Source: an uncultured Hungatella sp. (GTDB lineage Bacteria > Bacillota > Clostridia > Lachnospirales > Lachnospiraceae). From it: 64,000 nt of DNA. The stretch spans positions 23,170 to 87,169 of the forward strand of contig CAJUFP010000002.1 in NCBI GenBank assembly GCA_910585645.1, in the 5' to 3' direction. A program made the position numbers and the translations under genes. Shown piece after piece: positions 63,703 through 64,000 of this stretch (position 1 is its first letter; every line of letters starts with the position of its first letter). Under the pieces are notes generated by a model. That model saw only the letters and a list, made by a program, of their open reading frames with translations, did no database searches and had not been told where the DNA came from.

Positions 63703-64000
63703 ATGGTATTTTCAGCCAATCAATCACAGAACATTGTCCCTATTACACAATTCGACTGTGGCAAGGCTCCCCAGATTTTCGATCAGCTTCACTCCAAGCG
63801 TCATTTAACTGTACTAAAAAATGATCAGCCCGTTGCAGTCATTCTCTCCCTTGAAGAATATACCCGCCTAATGGAGATTGAGGAAAACTACTCACTCCTT
63901 CTGGAAGCCAACAGGCGCATGGAAGAAGGCCGTGGAAAACGTACCCTCTCTTTCCAATCAGTCATGGACGCTTTAGGACTTAGCGAAGCAGAACTTGAAG
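63703..64000 (+). CDS. Phd/YefM-family antitoxin (3-prime end outside the window)
   Basis: ATG at 63703 with an AGGAGA RBS. Reads ...HLTVLKNDQPVAVILSLEEYTRLMEIEENYSLLLEA..., the typical Phd/YefM core. The frame is open to the window end. Confidence 0.65.
   Translation, partial: MVFSANQSQNIVPITQFDCGKAPQIFDQLHSKRHLTVLKNDQPVAVILSLEEYTRLMEIEENYSLLLEANRRMEEGRGKRTLSFQSVMDALGLSEAELE

Larger units (their letters stand above)
1..64000. mobile_element. Internal segment of a Gram-positive integrative conjugative element (ICE) with two cargo blocks
   Basis: Co-oriented minus-strand VirB4-like, PrgI-like and VirD4-like genes, class B sortase, giant adhesin, DUF5688-like gene, zinc-finger gene, sigma-like/XRE pair. 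No integrase, relaxase or att site is inside the window, so the ends are undefined. Confidence 0.7.

Noticed and set aside
1-64000. rRNA, tRNA, tmRNA, RNase P or CRISPR features
   Set aside because: Reading both strands, I saw no cloverleaf-compatible segments, rRNA-like conserved blocks or repeat-spacer arrays. This was a visual scan only. tRNAscan/Infernal would be needed to be definitive.

Overview
This 64-kb window looks like a Clostridia-type (Lachnospiraceae-like) Firmicutes genome, judged from gene content and roughly 50-55% GC in the backbone. Nearly all genes are on the minus strand and belong to a large integrative conjugative element (ICE). Neither ICE end is inside the window. The ICE backbone includes a VirB4-like ATPase, a PrgI/VirB3-like protein, a VirD4-like coupling protein, a class B sortase, and a ~4040-aa thioester/isopeptide adhesin. 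It also carries GLUG/Big_2 and DUF6273 surface proteins, an S1-domain protein, a cold-shock protein, a sigma-like/XRE regulatory pair, and several toxin-antitoxin pairs. Two cargo blocks interrupt this backbone. (1) An AT-rich mosaic defence island spans about 1440-8110. It carries an E2-only (type II-short) CBASS operon with a 2TM + NUDIX-like effector, a TIR-domain protein directly downstream of a RelB/PIN pair, a 31-aa holin-like toxin ORF absent from the ORF track, a nonsense-interrupted AlkZ-related gene, and an unrecognisable two-gene cassette. (2) A ~20-kb cell-envelope block spans 32990-53250. It carries a Dlt-like five-gene operon with an embedded fold-type-III PLP decarboxylase, a Lys-rich lipoprotein, an OmpR-type two-component system, TVP38-pssA-psd-PAP2 lipid genes, a GNAT behind a terminator-containing leader, a C10 (SpeB-like) peptidase with a lipoprotein partner, and two MacB/FtsX permeases with no ATPase gene. 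Six promoters in this block share a phased 4 x TTMAG pentamer array that replaces the -35 element, which argues for one two-component-controlled regulon. The block is heavily rearranged: it has an ~850-bp duplication, gene fragments, and a 25-bp direct repeat flanking a hairpin insert. I saw no rRNA, tRNA or CRISPR arrays. All functional calls rest on motif recognition by eye and need HMM or structure confirmation.
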